This document shows, one piece after another, positions 60,919 through 64,000 of a stretch of 64,000 nucleotides of DNA. Every line of letters begins with the position of its first letter. Within the stretch, counting starts at the first letter, position 1. The notes beneath the pieces are model-generated. The model worked only from the letters and a program-made list of their open reading frames with translations. It was not told where the DNA came from and did no database searches. This DNA comes from Balanoglossus misakiensis (taxonomy: Eukaryota > Animalia > Hemichordata): positions 2,267,830 to 2,331,829 of the forward strand of contig CM082593.2 of the NCBI GenBank assembly GCA_040954595.2, written 5' to 3'. A program made the translations under genes and the position numbers.

Positions 60919-63900
60919 CTATTTCTTGAATAGACTGTTGCCTTTCATCCGTTTGCTACTTTTAGAAGTTTGAGTCTTGCCCTTCTTAGCTGAGCTGATC
61001 CAGCTGGGTAGCTTCCTTTTCAATCCACTCTGTGGCTGGGAACTGGAGCTTTCCGTGTTGACGGGAAAACATCCGGAGAAGGAGCTGCTTTTGGAAATCG
61101 ACCTGGGCTGCTCCGGTGTGCCTGAGACATAAGACTTGATCCGTTGGCTGCTTGGTGTTGATGGCTCGCTTGGTCCCATAGATTTTGAGAACTGGTAATA
61201 TGTAATGGGAAATTACATAATTGAGAAATATGTGTGTACTTCATTGTAATAATCAAAATAGTTTCCAATGGTTGGAATAGATCTGTCTGTCATGTGCTTC
61301 CCTCTAAACCAAACTGTCTTGCATTTAAAGGTAGACATCTCCTGGAGGTCTGATCAGAGATATTTCTGACCAAAGAATGTAATAGTGCATTGTACTTACG
61401 GATGACTGACTAGCTCTGAACTGTCTGTCTGATTGGCTGCTACCATGTTGACTAAACTGTCTTTCAAACGGTGTCTTTGATTGGCTGCTACTGCGCTGGC
61501 TAGACTGTCTTTCAAACGGCTTGTTTGATTGGCCACTGGTACTGGCACAAGCCCCATCATCAAAATCATCATGATCAGGTTGTTTCTTTTTCACTTCTGG
61601 TACTCCAAACTGTATCTGTAGTATTGCAATCACCATGTTTACGTGATGATATCCGATTTCTTCTGGAAGAAGTTCCTTGATTGGTTTCAGTTTGCTGATA
61701 TCTGAAATCATGCATCATAAAAACAAACCTCAGCATAAAAATTTGTATGGTTTGGTGTCATAAAACAAAGTAATATTCATTTGAGCTGATAGATGGCACT
61801 CTTCAAAACTAACTCACCTGAGTTGATAGGTGGTGCTCTAATGACGTCAGTGACTTTCTTCTGAATTTCTTGTGTCAGTCCCGCTGTAATGGAATGTGAA
61901 ATGTTTCTAAAGGATTTTGAAATAGAACAGCAAGATTCCAGCAATGAGATACTGTCAAACTAATAAACCATATTCAGCTACCATGGATGGAGCTTGAACT
62001 CACCTCTGGCAAAATCAACAGGATATCCTGCTTTCAGTGCTTCTGCCAAATGATTGAAAACAGTCCCTGCTTTCAAATTCCTCATAGCTGCTACCTCCTC
62101 CTATCCATAAAAAAAACAGAAGAATTTCACAATTTCTGTAATTATATAACAAATAGGATAATTTGAGAGAAATACTAGTATTCCTGAACAGTACTCACCA
62201 CTGTTTTGTTCTTCTCATGAAAGAGTGTGTAGCTTTCCATCACTGTGTCCGACACTTTCTGAACGATAGAGCTCCGTTGGAATACTACACTTTCAGGTGC
62301 CTGGAATTATAGAGAAAATAAACCAGTTAGAAATGTCAAATTGTGTTAACTAAGTATAGAGTCTCTGTTATAAGTTTGCTATGTAACACTAACCCTAATG
62401 CTAACCATCGCCACCAGACAATGGTATTGTCCCAGGTCCCCAGGCACTAAAATTGAACAGGTCTACATGTTAAACATTTGAAAAAATAATACCTTAGGGT
62501 TTTCCACGATGCTGCTGGGGACAGTGTCTCTAAATCTGTCCATCTTCACATCCCGATTCTGGCAGAGTTCTTTCAGCTTCTCAATGAATTTAGCACCAAA
62601 TTTCTCAGCTCTGGCTTCAGATATGCCATCGATGCGCAGAAGTGACTTCATAGAGCTTGGTCTATACAAGATAAGGATTGCACAGAACATACGTGTCAGA
62701 ACTGTATGGGTGATGGCCATCATCAGAAGTGCCTCTTGAACATTTCGTGTTTCACTCATGATAGTCAAATACTGGTATAACATCTCAACTCACCTGATTC
62801 GTGACATATCTAACAGATTCTTGTTGTTGGCTATCATGTACGGGGCAGCCCCAATGCTGGATGCTAACTCATTACGCAGAAGCACCAGCTTGCTGTACAA
62901 CTCACCCTGTTGTTTGAGATACAAAAAGACAGAAGACTGTGTGAGTAATTCAACAACATGTATGCTGACTGTTAGTCAGAAGTACTGGTAATCTGCTGTT
63001 GATTAAGCCAAGATTGCTGATCTATTGTAAAAAAGTTTCCATGCCTGTAGCTCCAGCTCTTTTGGGTCCACAGGTGCCTGTGTTGGTTTAATCTCTCCTC
63101 CACTGCTGGTGTTTCCAATCACCATCTGAGTCCAACCCCCAACGGGTATGCTTGGTAGTATCTTCGGAATGAATGTACATTCAACCTTCTCCTTTTCCTT
63201 CTCGCACAGCAACAGTTCCTGAGGTCAAGAATATTGTAAATGTGGTTGATTGTTCAGTGTGTGCAAACTAAAGCCCATGCAAGAAAACTCTGCAATATAC
63301 TGTGAGATTTTGGGTGGCTTAGGCAGTTTATATGGGAGGTCATTCTCATGTAAAGGACAAACAACATGTGACCCATCATCCTGTTACCTGATTGGGTGTC
63401 ATTTTGAATTCCTTGGGACTTGAAAACCACTTCTTTCCATCGGCAGTCAATTCCACTGTATATCCGAACCCGCTACGAACTGGTACCTCAACTAACATGC
63501 GCGCCATGATGGCCATACGTCCTACGAAAATACAAGGATAAACAAATTCAAACTTTATACAAATTATGCCACTAGAGCTCGGCATATTGTTTTGTGCTTT
63601 AACCCTTTCACCACCATGGTTTGGTCCAAATCCATTGTTTTCTATGGTAAAGTGGAACCTCCAAAGAGGGAACTGGGGGTGAACATCAAAATCACCAAGA
63701 ACTGATTAGATCCAGAAAACTGTTACGTACCAAATGCTTTCCACCACTTCTCACTGTGATACCTGTGGAAAACAGAATGATTTTAAAATGACAACAAAAT
63801 CATTCCCGTATTTCCTGCCTGCACTTGGCAGTGCGTGTGTGCAGTGCAGTGAACATTTCTAATTTCACACTTAGGTGCACAAGGCATACAAGAAAATCTT

Positions 63901-63982
63901 GGTATTTCTAAAAATGCAATACTCACTTTCCATTGCCAAATGCTTTGTGTTGGTGAAATCTGGTGTAAAGCTTCTGGTTTGT
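60919..63982 (-). CDS. WRN: Werner syndrome RecQ helicase, 3' part (RQC end, HRDC, helix-turn-helix, C-terminal Ku-binding motifs); 5' part outside window
   Basis: Exons 63982-63927, 63762-63731, 63521-63388, 63218-63045, 62906-62794, 62661-62493, 62300-62199, 62100-62004, 61883-61818, 61701-61400, 61191-60919, phase-consistent. Motifs FGNGKYHSEKWWKAFGR, LYSKLVLLRNELA...APYMIANNKNLLDMSRIRPSS...IDGISEARAEKFG, HLAEALKAGYPVD, IRAPPINSDISKLKPIK, KRKLPSW...SLF. Confidence 0.93.
61431..61534 (-). repeat. 48-bp coding tandem repeat in the WRN C-terminal tail
   Basis: GATTGGC at 61431, 61479, 61527; ACTGTCTTTCAAACGG twice; encodes two QSxxPFERQxSQ units. Confidence 0.85.
63599..63683. mobile_element. 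TTAA-flanked MITE, copy 3 (right end truncated; WRN intron)
   Basis: TTAACCCTTTCACCACCATGGTTTGGTCCA identical to the start of copy 2; ends GGGGGTGAA. Confidence 0.75.
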
Positions 63983-64000
63983 CTGCAAGCAGAAACAAGA

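Overview
Intron-rich, AT-rich animal (bilaterian invertebrate-like) genomic DNA, not prokaryotic. Most six-frame ORFs are spurious or exon fragments. I assembled five spliced genes by hand from splice sites and reading phase: (1) HIF1AN/FIH-1 on the minus strand, exons 1-5, truncated at the window start; (2) a complete cGMP-dependent protein kinase (PKG) on the plus strand, CDS 36514-53138, with an inferred ~29 kb 5' non-coding region; (3) TMA16, minus strand, complete; (4) an uncharacterised signal-anchored SRPBCC/START-fold protein, plus strand, complete; (5) the 3' part of the Werner helicase WRN, minus strand. Points worth follow-up: two in-frame PKG starts that could toggle N-myristoylation, a 39-nt frame-preserving PKG cassette exon, more than 20 RFX X-box-like palindromes over the PKG locus, a cryptic multi-exon unit divergent from HIF1AN with an in-frame TGA and an SV40-like NLS, overlapping gene ends around TMA16, a GC-AG intron and SQ-rich repeat in WRN, and three MITE families. 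No clearly new multi-gene system is demonstrable from sequence alone. All homology calls are from recognition, not database searches.
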